From NCBI GenBank assembly GCA_028023455.1, contig JAQFVV010000004.1:22878001-22942000 (forward strand): a stretch of DNA of 64,000 nucleotides, given 5' to 3'. The position numbers and the translations under genes are program-made. The stretch comes from Epiperipatus broadwayi (taxonomy: Eukaryota; Animalia; Onychophora). Under the pieces are notes generated by a model, which was not told the origin of the DNA, searched no databases, and was given only the letters and a program-made list of their open reading frames with translations. Below are positions 51,901-64,000 of the stretch, piece after piece; positions within the stretch are counted from its first letter, which is position 1; the number at the start of each line of letters is the position of its first letter.

Positions 51901-54900
51901 CTTTCTATATTTCTGTTTATCTACCAATCTGTAGGAGTGAAGACTTGCATCATTAGTAGCCATTTGTGGCATTTAAAGATCTGAAATTCACTAAATTTTT
52001 TATATTTGCTTTTAAAAATTACATATTGAAAAGTTATAATGATGTTAAGCATCTCATAAATATTTAAAGATTTAATTTATATTTGCATACTTTGTTTGTC
52101 TGCATAACAAAATGGTTTCTCTCTTCTTTATAACTTAAAGCTGATTACACTTTCAGTGAAGTTCACCATATGTAAATATGAATTACAAAGGTAAAAATCA
52201 ATGCTAAAGATTAAATGTATTTAATACTCTTTCTATAATTAATTTATCAAATGAACCTAATTAAATTTCTCACCGCTTAAGGTGGGTGAAGTCAAATATA
52301 GCTAAAGAATACTGTTTGAAAAATTTAATCAGTAATTGATGTCAAATTGTGATTTAAAAAATATTTTTGTATGTTATTATGATAATGATAATTATAAATA
52401 TCTCCACTAGGGTATTTGCGTTCTTCCACCCAGACTTTAGTGTCTTGCACTCATATATTTATAATATAAGTTGCCTTTTTAAAAACAATGTGGGTTAATA
52501 AATCCTGTGAAAAATTCTTGTTAAATTAAATCAAACATGGAATATGCTAATGAATTCATCCTACAAGCTTTAAATTTATTGAAAGCAGTCAACACTTAAA
52601 CAATATTAATAATAATCAACAATTTCAGTCTGTTGTTAAGACAACCTTTTAACAATAAAGATGGAAATCCATTTTTATTTATTATATGTTTATATTGTAA
52701 TGGGTCGGGTTCTGGCCTTTCATATTAGTATACTTGATAGACCATGAGAGTGGATGAGAAAATGTATCTAGGATTCCTAAATTGCTAAACTCTTAACTAT
52801 CTTGATCTCAATTCTTGGATTCAACATGTGTGCATATGAACATACATTAGGAACCTCCATATGCACTCGTCCTTCTCCATTGCTAAATTCCATTTATCCC
52901 AGAATTCGAGTTCAAGGAGAATACACAAATATTCTATTTCAAGGAATACTTATATTACAATTTTTATGCATTGAGGGTTTGATAAATGAGTAAAAAAAAA
53001 AAAACATAAATGACAGACTTCAATTTGAAAGCTTTTTTTTTTTACATTTTATTCACAATTATTACAATTTATTCAACATGTGTTTATTGCTTTTTTAGCT
53101 GCTAGAGGCTTAATTTATTCAACATGAAACTATAAACAATAGCAATTCATTCATTTAGATCTTTATGACTATTCTTTGATCAGTACTGTTAATTAATATT
53201 CATTAATCTAACCCCTCTATTTCCCTCAAAGAGTAGACATTCATTATCAGTATTGTATCGTAAAATTTTTTAATACTTATTGCTATTTATATATATATAC
53301 TTGCTTCCTAAGTTAAAATTTAATGAAATCATAATTCTTTGTTTCCAATATATTTGCTGATTGGTTTATATTAAATAGTGTGATGACGGTTTGAGATCCC
53401 CCTTTTCTTATGATTTATTTATATTATGATAGCAACGACCATTCATGCTAGAAGTTGTTAATCATATATACTGAAAAATAAGTAAATAATAAAATAATTA
53501 GTATCAATAAACTAACATTAAATAGCAGTATAATTGTACGAATGTTGGACAATATAAAGACTTACCTCTAAACCTGGTGATGATCAAATTTATCTACAAG
53601 CAAACTCATGTCTGATCCTATATTTTATTTCAACTTACAATTAAGCTAGTAATATTTTCCTTCTTCCTAATATATCAAGAATATATATCCTGTTAATCTA
53701 TGGTAATGGAAAGAAATAATAAAAAAATACACAATACATAAAATTAATCGTATGACTTCAACCGAAAAGAAATCAAGAGTCCATACAGGAAAATGTCCTA
53801 AAAGCTAATGCATGTCTCTATTTCCACCATTCATAATCGAGTTGGTTGGGTTTGAATGTCTTGGAACATGCATAATGGTAATCCAAATTTCTTTTCCCAT
53901 GTAGTATACCTTGAATAATTAACTTCATATCTTCAGATGCAAATAGTAAAGTTTGGTATTGCCTCCAGTATAAATGGGTAAATGCTGCTTCAGGTTGAAT
54001 TTGATTTTGGCTGTTGACAAATCACTTCCCATGAGGTAACTTTGTATTTAGCCACAAATGATGGTATGCGTATCTGTCTAAATAGTTAATTAAAGTCCTT
54101 GCAATTGTTGAACAGCTAGAGATGTTGTCTCGTTGAAATATCAAGTTAGGATTGGTATAATTCTTTGGCTAAAAGATTGAAAATGTTCTTGATATATCAG
54201 ATAAATTTATAAGTAGTTCTGGAATTTAAAATCTCTTAGTTTACTGATTCAAATCTGTTGGATTTTATTTTAGCTCTTATACATCTTCAATGGAATCTTA
54301 TAGCTTAAAGTTTTACTTTGATGGCTGACAATCTTTATCGCCGAATGCCAAGTTTGATTCCAAAATATACGTGTTGATAAGTTAACAAGTTTTTTACTTG
54401 ATCGATGAAAAGAAAGGTTGTTTATACATATATACTGTCAACCCCCAAAACGAGATTATTCGTTTTAAGTGCTGAATTGATTCTTTTAAAGTTGTGAGTT
54501 TGATATCAAGCATGAACTTGATTGTTTACGTCAGATGTTTCAATTTATATATATATCTGTGGTGGATTAATAATAATCAAAGTTTATTTATTATTTCCTT
54601 TATGTTTTTATGATTTTATTGCTTGCATGTAAATTTAATCTTTTTTCTTTTATTGTTATAATATGTATATATCAAACAATAGTTCACAAAAGTTTTTGTA
54701 ATAAGGGTAAGTATAAATACTTAAGTTTTGCACGTTTAGTTTGGGTTATGGATTTTACCACACATTTGTTTGCTTTTTAATTGTGTAAACAATTAAGTAT
54801 TTTGTCATCTAAAATATTGGTGAACATTTTTTTGGAGGGAATACATTTTAATTGGATTACATTTTCTTTATACATATGTCTTGTGGTACTTTATATATTG

Positions 54901-55479
54901 AGGATGTTGTTATGGTAGGTATTGGTGTTAAATTAGATAAGGGTGTTCAATGGTTCTTGGTGCAATATAGTATCGATTCTTGCAATATTGCATGATCACA
55001 GAGAATGAAATTTTTTGATACAAAGTAATTTAAACAAACATATTTAAACAGGTAAATATAACCTATTCTGAAAGCAGACTAACAAATAGTCAATTGTTAC
55101 TTTTAAACTGCACTCCAATGCTCAAGATTAGATAGGTTTACAATTGTAAATTCATTGAAAACAGTTATATTAAATCATAAGTAAATGTGGATTTCCTCCA
55201 TTATTGTTAAAAGGAGGTTGCCTTATTGATTGTTATTGCTATTGTTTAAGTGTTGATTGCTTTCAATGAATTTACATTTATAAGTCAATTTTATCTTGAG
55301 CCATTATTAGCTTTATTATAGAAACTTTAAATACATATACTTTTTTACCTTATTAGTATTATAGTGCCTGTAAAGTTAGAACAGAGAAATATTTTATTTT
55401 TCATATATATGTATATTACCATCATTTTTAACCATTAATTCATTGTTGGTTATAGTTCTCTCAAGTTTAATCTAATTTT

Positions 55480-57400
55480 TTCAGTCCATAGTTTTTATTT
55501 CTGCATATTATTCTAGTGTATTTTTTTATCTCATCCAACAATCTTATGAGATCTTTTTTTCTAGATCTTATACAGTTATTTGGGATTCAGTTTAAGCCTT
55601 TAATTACTCATGTATTATCATCTCTTCTAGCAACAAATCCAGCTTAACCCTATTTCAGCTTCTTAATTCCTTGAATGATATCAATAATACCTGTTTGTTC
55701 TCTCACTGTTAATTTCACTTTTGATCTCTCCTTGTTATTCCCATCATACATTTTTCTATGCTTCATTGTATGGTCTGAAGTTATCATGTTGCTTTTCCGT
55801 TAAATGTGCAAGTCTCAGATCTATATGAAAGAAATAATAAAATACATTTATTTAAATTTTAAAAAATCTTTCTTTTTAAACACTTAGTCAAATTTCTATT
55901 GAATGCTAAATTATTTGTACAAAAAGTTTACCATCGAAGTTTAATTGTATGATTAATTTATCCATTATATTTCCATCTGTATTAATAATCTAAGATATTT
56001 ATAGATGTTAAATTCTAATTTGTTAATATTAATCTTTATTTTCCCCTTTTGTGAAAAGAATTGAACAATATTTTATTCTTTTTTACAATTAACTTCAATC
56101 GTATTTCTTGCTTTTTCTGATGCTCTGAAGAAACAATATTTGAAAAATGGCTACATCTGCAAACTCTAAATGAACTTAAATAAAATTTATTTTTTTGTTT
56201 CCTTGACTTTGCATTTTAATCCACAAAATATTTTCTGTAAAACTACAGTAAAATGTTTTGGTGATATGGATTTATCTTGTCATGCGCTTTTATCAATGTT
56301 AATAATCTTCTTAGTATTACCATCATTCTAATCACTGCTGTTGTATTTTGATTAATGCTCTTCAAAATTTGATGTTATTTTATGTCTTTATCTTGACATT
56401 GCATAAAACTGGCTTGTAATTTCTAATGGCTTTTTTTTTTCACCTTTCTTAAGTATTATTATCACTAATGCATTTCTTCCAATCATCTGGCTCATCTTAT
56501 CTTTTCAAACTTTTCCTATCTAGCTTTGTGAACAATTTTCTATTTCTTCACTTGTTTCTTTTAAAATTTCAATAATAATTTTTTTTTTTTTAAATGATCA
56601 TTGTGACACATCATCATTTAAAATTGGCATTTCAAAAAAGGTTGTAATTGTAAGACTTCTTTTCTTTTTTGTTCTTCATTATATAGTTCTTGTGAAATTC
56701 TATATATTTCATGATGTCTTCTTTTTAATAATAGTGCTGATATTGTTTTATACTTTTAAGACTTCTACATTCCTTGCTATAGAATTTTATTATATAATTA
56801 TTAATTCCATTTCATAAAATTCTAAATATTCAATTTTTTTATGGATCATTTTAAAAATTTTTCATATTCCTTATTTTTTTTTATGTATTGCCATGTCTCA
56901 TTTAAAAATTTACTAGTGAATTGTTGCTTTTTCGCACTGAGTAGCATTTCTCTGTAGAATATCAGTTATCTTTTTATTTAAATGTGACTCATCATTAAAG
57001 TCTGTTAGATTTAATCTAGAATTTGCATATTTTAGCTTAAATTGATTGGAATATTTCTGAAGATTAGGGATTTCAGTTATTAATAGTTTTTTTGTTTCTC
57101 TAGTTTTGCATTATACTGTGTTTCCTCAAAATAAGACTGGGTCTTATATTAATTTTTGCTACAAAAGACATCATAGGACTTATTTTCAGGGCATGTCTTA
57201 TTTTTTCATGTAGAAAAATTGACATTTATTCAAGTACTTCTTTTTATAGAAAGCTGTAAGATTCTTACCTCAGGAGCCCCCCACAATTTCTTTCTTGAAC
57301 TCGTTGGAATAGCTCTTTTTTCCTGCTGTCATCTTATCTGGCAATCAGAATATTATTCATTTTAAATTTACCATTAAATCAAGTGTTAATTGAAGATTTG
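55480..57400 (-). mobile_element. Decayed RTE-clade LINE
   Basis: The minus strand reads VREQTGIIDIIQGIKKLK..AGFVARRDD (RTE C-terminal region, ~55610-55720) and LEFADV (FADD motif, ~56150-56170). Confidence 0.7.
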
Positions 57401-57569
57401 CAAGACAGGGGTAGTAACAAAAACAAGTACAGTTAAGAATGGGTTGTTCACACAAAAGCAACAAAAAAATACCAGCACAAAAATTCAGAAAATGTTTCTG
57501 TATTTCAGAAGTGCACATTTTACATGTCAATTGTAATATAGTGTCATCATGTATTGAATTACATCGATT

Positions 57570-57636
57570 CATATATGACACAACTAGTTATTAAGTGTGC
57601 ACATATATGACACAACTAGTTATTAAGTGTGCACAT
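57570..57636 (+). repeat. Perfect 32-bp tandem duplication
   Basis: catatatgacacaactagttattaagtgtgca occurs twice. Confidence 0.9.
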
Positions 57637-60600
57637 TGTAAACACTTTCCAAATTACTTGTAATAATTCTGCTTGGGTATTCTTTTAAAAAACTTTTCTT
57701 TAGGAAAAAAATTGATGATTTAACTTAAGATAAATTTAATAAAATCTTTTAGTAGGGAAAAAAATGTTTAAGAAATCAAACTATTTTTTTTTTTATCTTG
57801 CATATTTAAAGGCTACCACAATGAAACTCAAAAACTAAATTATGCATTCTAAATCTAAGTAATCCATTTTTAACACATTTAACTTCTTTATTATTACCAA
57901 TGCTCAGACAGTCATTTTTTGATCTTTTTACAGTTTCGATTACCCCTGCAATCTTTCTCAGAACTACAAAAATATATACATAAAACCATATACATATATA
58001 CCAATAAATATATATACCATATACCAATAAATATATATACCATATACATACAAATAATACATACATATAAAGATATAAACATTTGCCTACATATTTCTAA
58101 ATACATGAATACATATAAATAAATAAATCCTCTTCTAACCTTTAATTTTACTTTTTATCTTTCTTTTCTTTTATCATAATTCTATTCTTTAACTTTAACT
58201 TTAATTTTTTATTTAAAAACTTATCTATCGAAAACTCTAAATCTCTTATCCTTTATTTTTTATTTTTATATTATATTAATTCTTTTAATTTTCTCTCTTA
58301 TAAATCTAAGTATTAAATGTAAATAAAATAAGTACCTAAAAATACATGAATGAAATTTATAAATTATTCGGTATATTGGCTTGTTATAGATAAATTGGTT
58401 CTCTACACATGTAGAATTATGTTTGTTGAAAATATCCATGGGAAACTACAAAAAACCATATAATTTATATTACTTTTATTTAAAGCATTAATGTCAATAG
58501 TATTATTTATTTATATATTCATTACTTACTTTATAATTCAATACATCATTGACCTTCTATGTGGTTTATATTTGGTGTAGGGCTTATAAGCATTCTGAAA
58601 AATGATTCTAGGGCTTATTTTCTAGTTAGGTCTTATTTTAGGTGAAAGATATCTCACTATTCAGTAAACACTTTCCATATTGAATCTATTAAGTACATTG
58701 CAGTTTTTGATAAATTGTTCTATTGTATTTTTATTTAGATACTTTTTTTCAGCTTTATATTTTTCTTTAAAAACAAAATCACTATATGCAGATTTTCCCC
58801 CCCTCCCAGTAGACTCTAAATTTTTTATTCTAAACAAATAATTTCAATTAATATTTGGATGAAAGAAAACAGCGGATATCATATTTTTTTAAATTATTCA
58901 AATGATTTTTATTATTGATTATAATTTTTGAAATAATTCATTTCAATGCAATCAATTTTCAATATAAATTTAAATTGACAATTTCTATTCGAAACAAGCA
59001 ATTTGAATTATTTTGATGTTAGAAAACTGCATATTTTAACCACTTTCAGTCTCTATTGGAGATATAAATTTGTTTTTCAAAAGAAACAGTTTTGGGAAAT
59101 TTGAATTTGAATTGTTTTTTTTTTTTAGAAATTCAAAACAAATATTTGTTGTAGCTATTATTTGGATGAAACACGAAGATTCATATCCCGTCTATTGAAA
59201 TATATCAGAACAGAAGCATTCAAGATCTTTTCATAAATTCCTTCACCACTAATGTGATCTGGGAATATATATATATATTGTAACAGTAGCTGGGTTTCGA
59301 ATACGGGTGCTAAAGTAAGTAAAGTGTAATAATAATTATAAAGAGTTAATTGTGAGTGGTGTTATGAATTAAATAGGTTGATGCGGGAAAATTTATAAAT
59401 AGTCATTCGAACCCTGTTACAAAAGTGTATGAATGGAATACGTTAATCAGTTAATGGCATGAATGTATACGTATATATATATTTGTTGTACGTGTATTGT
59501 GATGTGTGTGTTGAATTACTAACATTTATATGTGAGGATATAGAAAAGCGATTATATGTGTTGTGTTATTTTTTTATTATTTGTGTTTTATATATATATT
59601 TTGTTGTTTATTAATGGCGTAAGTTATAGATTTAAATAATGTCAGTAGTAGCACGTGTCTCTTAATGAAAACCCATTAAGCATATAAGGTTGGAGAGTAA
59701 TAAAAAGAATTGAAAGTTGCGCTGAGGGCGGTTTTAGTTAATGACTTTGTCCACCGGAATTCTTAGAACTTAGTCAAGTTAGTATTTTAAAACAATGGAA
59801 GCTAAAAGCATTCTTGAGATCTGGTCATCAGCGTATAGATAAAAGAAAAGTGAGGTTAAAGAGTGTTAAAGAAAAGAACTATATTTTTTTTCTCAGTGAT
59901 TTAGTTGGTGATTAAAATTAAAAAAAAATAGATACAGGTAATAAAGAAGCAGGAAAGTAAATATACCTATTAATGTTATTATTAATTAATGAAAATTTTA
60001 TTCTTAATGTACTCCATCGAAATGCAGGGGTAATTATAATCGTGTGAGTTCGTTAGGCCAGCTTCAGTGGACAGCTGTTGGACTCGCCTGAACTTTATTT
60101 ATGGAGATTTGCTGTTTATTTAATCAAGTGTAATGGCCATGAACTACAAACAGCTAGGACCTCTCACAAGCAAGTTAAAAATCATCTACTTAACCTCTAG
60201 GGTGGATTATTTTGTGTAGGATATTTCGGAGCCTGTCATCATCATTCAGATCAACGACTCTCGCTAAAACCAGCATTCCTTTAAGACTAAGCTTACAGAT
60301 CGTTAGCCTTGACCACGTGAACATTCACCCTTAACAAAGGTAATCTTGACCTTTTCTCAATATATATTCAATGAACATTTAGTAATACAATAAGAAACAT
60401 GTGTTATTCCATTTTTAAAGAAAGTAATAAATAATTTCTTAAATCATTTAATAAACAACTCTGATGTGTAATTGCACTCTTTCGTTAATATGTATATGAA
60501 TCATATATATAAATGTGTGTATCGGAATAAATGAGTTGTGTGCTTAAAATATTGAAATATATATACATGTGTTAATAAATCTTAGAATTTGTTTATAACT

Positions 60601-61304
60601 TGTGTATTATTTGCATTAGGAGATTCTGATAACTTCCGGGCTATTGTAATAGAATTTGTAGGCAGATAGAAATTATAACCGAGATATATATATGTGATGT
60701 CTCTTCATAAGATCACCTTAGCTTTGTTCTCTCATTAGACATTGTTCCCCAGATCTTGAGATTGAGCTAGTCTGGATCGGATACCCAAAGAGTGTTCACT
60801 GAACCCTTGTTTATGTTTTCGAGAGGTATAATTCTTATTAATGGATAAGACTGGTGCTTGAGATGGGATTTAGCCCATGCTCATAAATATACCTACTCGA
60901 AGCTTAGGGAAGTAACTTGTACACACACAATTCTTAGAATAAGATTGTGGGTAGATGATTAAAATGGCGTCCCAATGAACGGGCTGCGAATAGTGGAGAA
61001 TGGGCCTTAAAACGGCATCCTAACATAATTTAAAAAGAGTTCGTAAGTTGGAGAACGATTTAAAAAAAAGAGAGATAGAGAAAACGGAAAGAGTTTAAAC
61101 ATTTATTATTTGGAAATATAGTTAAATGTTGACATATTTTGCGATGTCTGTTCTGTGATATATATAAAGTCACATAGTTCATAAGAGATATATATAAAGT
61201 CATATAATTCATAGGATAGGGGTTTAAGAATTTTACCAATATTTGGGATATTACAAAACAATACCTTTCCATAAGGGTAGAAATGAGAGAGAGGGTCTAT
61301 CAGG

Positions 61305-62397
61305 TGGGTCATGCTGTGTACCACTGAGAGCCGGGGTGACGAACCTGGCACGTTTTAGCCGTAATAGTGATATATAGATAATAAAAAAAAGGGGACAATG
61401 GAATTGAAAATTATATGGAGGGAGAAAGGGGGAGACACCCATAGAGCACCTCAAGAGCCTTCAAAGATACTATAAAAGCGGATGAACACTAAGTGATCAT
61501 AGCATACCACCACCTAGAGAAACATGCAGAGACATGGTGGAATTCACTGAGTCATCAACCTCAAACAGAAAACTGGAGTATAAAGAAGCATTAGCCAATA
61601 TATTCTGGAATGAAGAAATACAAGAAAGGGTGAAAGCTCAAGTGGTAGGGCAGAAATTGCAAGCAGGTAATGAGAAGCATACATACATTTTTTTAGGCGG
61701 CAGGTGGCCATATTAAGGACTCTAGATGCGTGTAAATTATCAGAGGAACATATTGTAGAAATGGCATGCAGAAACTTATGGGTCATGCTGTTTACCACTG
61801 ATAGCCGGGGTGATGAACCTGGCACATTTTAGTCGTAATAGTGATATATAGATAATAAAAAAAGGAAAAGGCAATGGAATTGAAGATAAGAGTATATGGA
61901 GGGAGAAAGGGGGAGACACCCATAGAGCAAGGAAAAGGGGCAATGGAATTGAAGATAAGAGTATATGGAGGGAGAAAGGGGGAGACACCCATAGAGCAAG
62001 GAAAAGGGGCATTGGAATTGAAGATAAGAGTATATAGAGGGAGAAAGGGGGAGACACTCATAGAGCACCTCAAGAGCCTTCAAAGATACTATAAGTACTA
62101 TGAGATAGCGGATGAACACTAAGTGATCATAGCATACCACCACTTAGAGAAACATGCAGAGACATGGTGGAATTCACTGAGTCATCAACCTCAAACATTT
62201 TCTGGAGTATAAAGAAGCATTAGCCAATATATTCATTACAAGAAAGGATGAAAGCTCAAGTGGTAGGGCAGAAGTTCCAAGAAGGTAATGAGAAGCATAC
62301 ATACATTTTTTTAGGCGGCAGGTGGCCACATTAAGGACTCTAGATGCATGTAAATTTATCAGAAGAACAGATTGTAGAAATGGCATGCAGAAAGTTA
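61305..62397 (+). repeat. Tandem duplication of the gag region (474-bp copy + 619-bp copy)
   Basis: tgggtcatgctgt.taccactga starts at 61305 and 61779, and both copies end atggcatgcagaaa.tta. Confidence 0.9.
61862..62067 (+). repeat. In-frame 69-bp (23-aa) triplication inside the second gag copy
   Basis: ca[a/t]tggaatt at 61872, 61941 and 62010. ORF 61874-62122 reads ELKIRVYGGRKGETPIEQGKGA(M/L) repeatedly. Confidence 0.9.
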
Positions 62398-62820
62398 CCC
62401 AATGAAATCAGGTGGATGCTGGGAAAAAGAGGAGAAAGATCAGCGATGACAATTGATAAAATGTTGAGTCAACCAGAAATAGATACAGAAAGAAGACAGA
62501 TAGAGGAGCATAAGCTTAGGTCCAAAGGAAACATAGATGCTAATAAGCAGGGGACAAAAAGAATAGGAAATTTAATATGTTTTTGGGAAGACCAGGTTCC
62601 GGGATATGCACTCCAGACATGCCCCATCATCCCTATAAAGGTAGGTTCAACGGATGTTGAAGCCCTCATCGATTCGGACAGCCAGGTATCAGTAGTATCA
62701 GAGACATTATACCACCAAATTAGAACAACCAGATATACCGATTCTCCCTCTAAAAACAGTTCACATAGCAATGGGCAGACAACCGGAGAGCTAAAGCAGA
62801 GCCAAAGCAGATATGAATAG
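62344..62820 (+). pseudogene. End of gag plus aspartic protease (frame-broken; catalytic DSG appears as DSD)
   Basis: IIPIKVGSTDVEALIDSDSQVSVVSETLY. Confidence 0.75.
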
Positions 62821-63101
62821 ATCTAAAAATTAATGGAAGGAGCTATCCACGTGTTCCTTCTAATGAAAGGTTTAAAACATGAAGCCTTGTTGGAATCAGA
62901 TTTTCTAAATAGATACAAATGTAACCTTGACTATAAGAGGGGTCAGGTCACATGAGGGTGAAGTGATACATTTCCTCGCAGAGGAGCCTCAATGGGGTCG
63001 ATAGGAAATCTACATCTAGAGAAGGATGTCCCGAAGAAACTCAAAGATAACAAGATTGATGGAACGAAAGTACAAGGGAAAGTTAAAGATAGTCCATTAC
63101 A

Positions 63102-63722
63102 ATGAACATTGACCAAGTACACCAAGTCTTTTCAGACAAGCCAGGAGTTATCCAAGGGTTTGAGCAGAGAATTAAGGTGAGAGATGGTCAGACATTCAAA
63201 GCTAGATCATACCCCATTCCGCACCAGTACCGAAAGGAAGTGAAAGAGCAAATGGATCAGATGCTGGAGTGGGGAATTATATCAAAATGCTCATCGGTAT
63301 ATTGCAACCCGATGGTGGTAGTTAAAAAGAAGGATGGATCTGTTAGATTGTGTCTCGATGCTCAACTGTTAAATAAAGTGACTGTACCCGACTGCAATGT
63401 ACCACCTCCCATGCAAGAATTACTGAGGAAGTTCCAAGGGAAGGTATTTTCGACCTTCGATTTAACTGCCAGTTATTGGCAAATTAAGTTCCATCTGGAA
63501 GACTACCAATACACATCATTCAGATATGGGGGCCATTCTTATCAATTTAACAGGATGCCTTTCGGCCTAATAAACAGTGGGGCAGGGTTACTCAGGTGCT
63601 TGGATCAGGTGCTATCCTCAGAGATAAAGGACATGGTCACGATTTACATGGATGACATGCTGATAGCCTCAACTGATATTAAGGAACACATACAGGAAGT
63701 AGGACTTTCTAGAGGAATGTGA
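63102..63722 (+). CDS. Gypsy reverse transcriptase fragment (pol, disrupted)
   Basis: PMVVVKKKDGSVRLCLD, FDLTASYWQI, RMPFGLINS and YMDDMLIAS. Continues out of frame as FLGHMV...PDKISAIRDFPMP. Confidence 0.92.
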   Translation: MNIDQVHQVFSDKPGVIQGFEQRIKVRDGQTFKARSYPIPHQYRKEVKEQMDQMLEWGIISKCSSVYCNPMVVVKKKDGSVRLCLDAQLLNKVTVPDCNVPPPMQELLRKFQGKVFSTFDLTASYWQIKFHLEDYQYTSFRYGGHSYQFNRMPFGLINSGAGLLRCLDQVLSSEIKDMVTIYMDDMLIASTDIKEHIQEVGLSRGM

Positions 63723-64000
63723 AAAAAAGGTCATAAAAATAAATATCAAGAAGAGCACACTGTGTCAGAAAGAGGTGGCCTTCTTGGGCACATGGTGGGA
63801 GCTCAGGGACTCAAACTGCACCCGGACAAGATCTCGGCCATTCGTGACTTTCCAATGCCTAGATCCAAGAAGCAGGTCTGATAATTTCTGGGCCTGTGTA
63901 CATTTTACGACCGCTTTCAGGACCGGTTTGCGGAACGGTGGAGCCATTGGTGAAGTTATTAAAAAAGGGTAGTGAGCAGAAGTAGACGGAAGAACAGGAC

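Larger units (their letters stand above)
59279..64000 (+). mobile_element. Gypsy/Ty3 LTR retrotransposon, 5' part (putative ~1.7-kb LTR, PBS, gag, protease, RT); runs off window
   Basis: TGTAAC start after a (TA)n run. PBS-like tggcgtccca at 60965. Gag-like peptides at 61.4-62.4 kb, protease LIDSDSQVSVV at ~62660-62700, and Gypsy RT from 63102. The LTR extent is inferred because the 3' LTR is not visible. Confidence 0.8.

Noticed and set aside
53380-53474. C box (GTGATGA) ... D box (CTGA) spacing like a C/D snoRNA
   Set aside because: There is no terminal stem and no recognisable rRNA/snRNA antisense element. Such boxes are frequent by chance.
53600-54500. Minus-strand peptides vaguely like DIRS RNase H/MT motifs
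   Set aside because: The similarity is too weak to support by eye and needs a profile search.
54903-54929. Peptide DVVMVGIGV resembling GMPR ADIIKVGIGP (next exon)
   Set aside because: The preceding AGNVVTGEMVEELILSG sequence, the acceptor site and the GP/donor end are all absent, so the match is coincidental.
57806-58122. Three overlapping ORFs rich in Y/I/M
   Set aside because: They arise from low-complexity (TATATACC/ATAC) microsatellite-like sequence.
61862-62067. Regularly spaced repeats considered as a CRISPR-like array
   Set aside because: The units are contiguous 69-bp tandem copies with no unique spacers, they lie within Gypsy gag in a eukaryotic genome, and no cas genes are present.

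Overview
This is very AT-rich, CpG-depleted eukaryotic (invertebrate, probably arthropod) genomic DNA. The whole window appears to lie inside one + strand host gene, GMP reductase (GMPR). Only two of its exons are present (10926-11009 and 38202-38375), separated by a 27.2 kb intron, and the flanking introns run off both ends. The introns are filled with transposable elements: a young 5'-truncated LINE with an intact 879-aa RT ORF, several decayed LINEs, a complete pol-less LTR element (26019-28713), the 5' part of a Gypsy element (59279-end), Penelope-like fragments, mariner/hAT remnants and many palindromic MITEs. The most notable observations are: (1) the young LINE carries an inverted copy of its own 3' (CATCA)n tail at its 5' junction; (2) the LTR element encodes a reconstructable Gag-zinc knuckle-coiled-coil fusion in place of pol; (3) four copies of a Penelope-associated minimal hammerhead ribozyme show a compensatory stem change; (4) a CpG-retaining island inside the intron has promoter-like and splice-donor motifs and a strong hairpin. 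No prokaryotic systems (CRISPR, operons) are supported. All alignments and counts were done by eye and no database searches were run.
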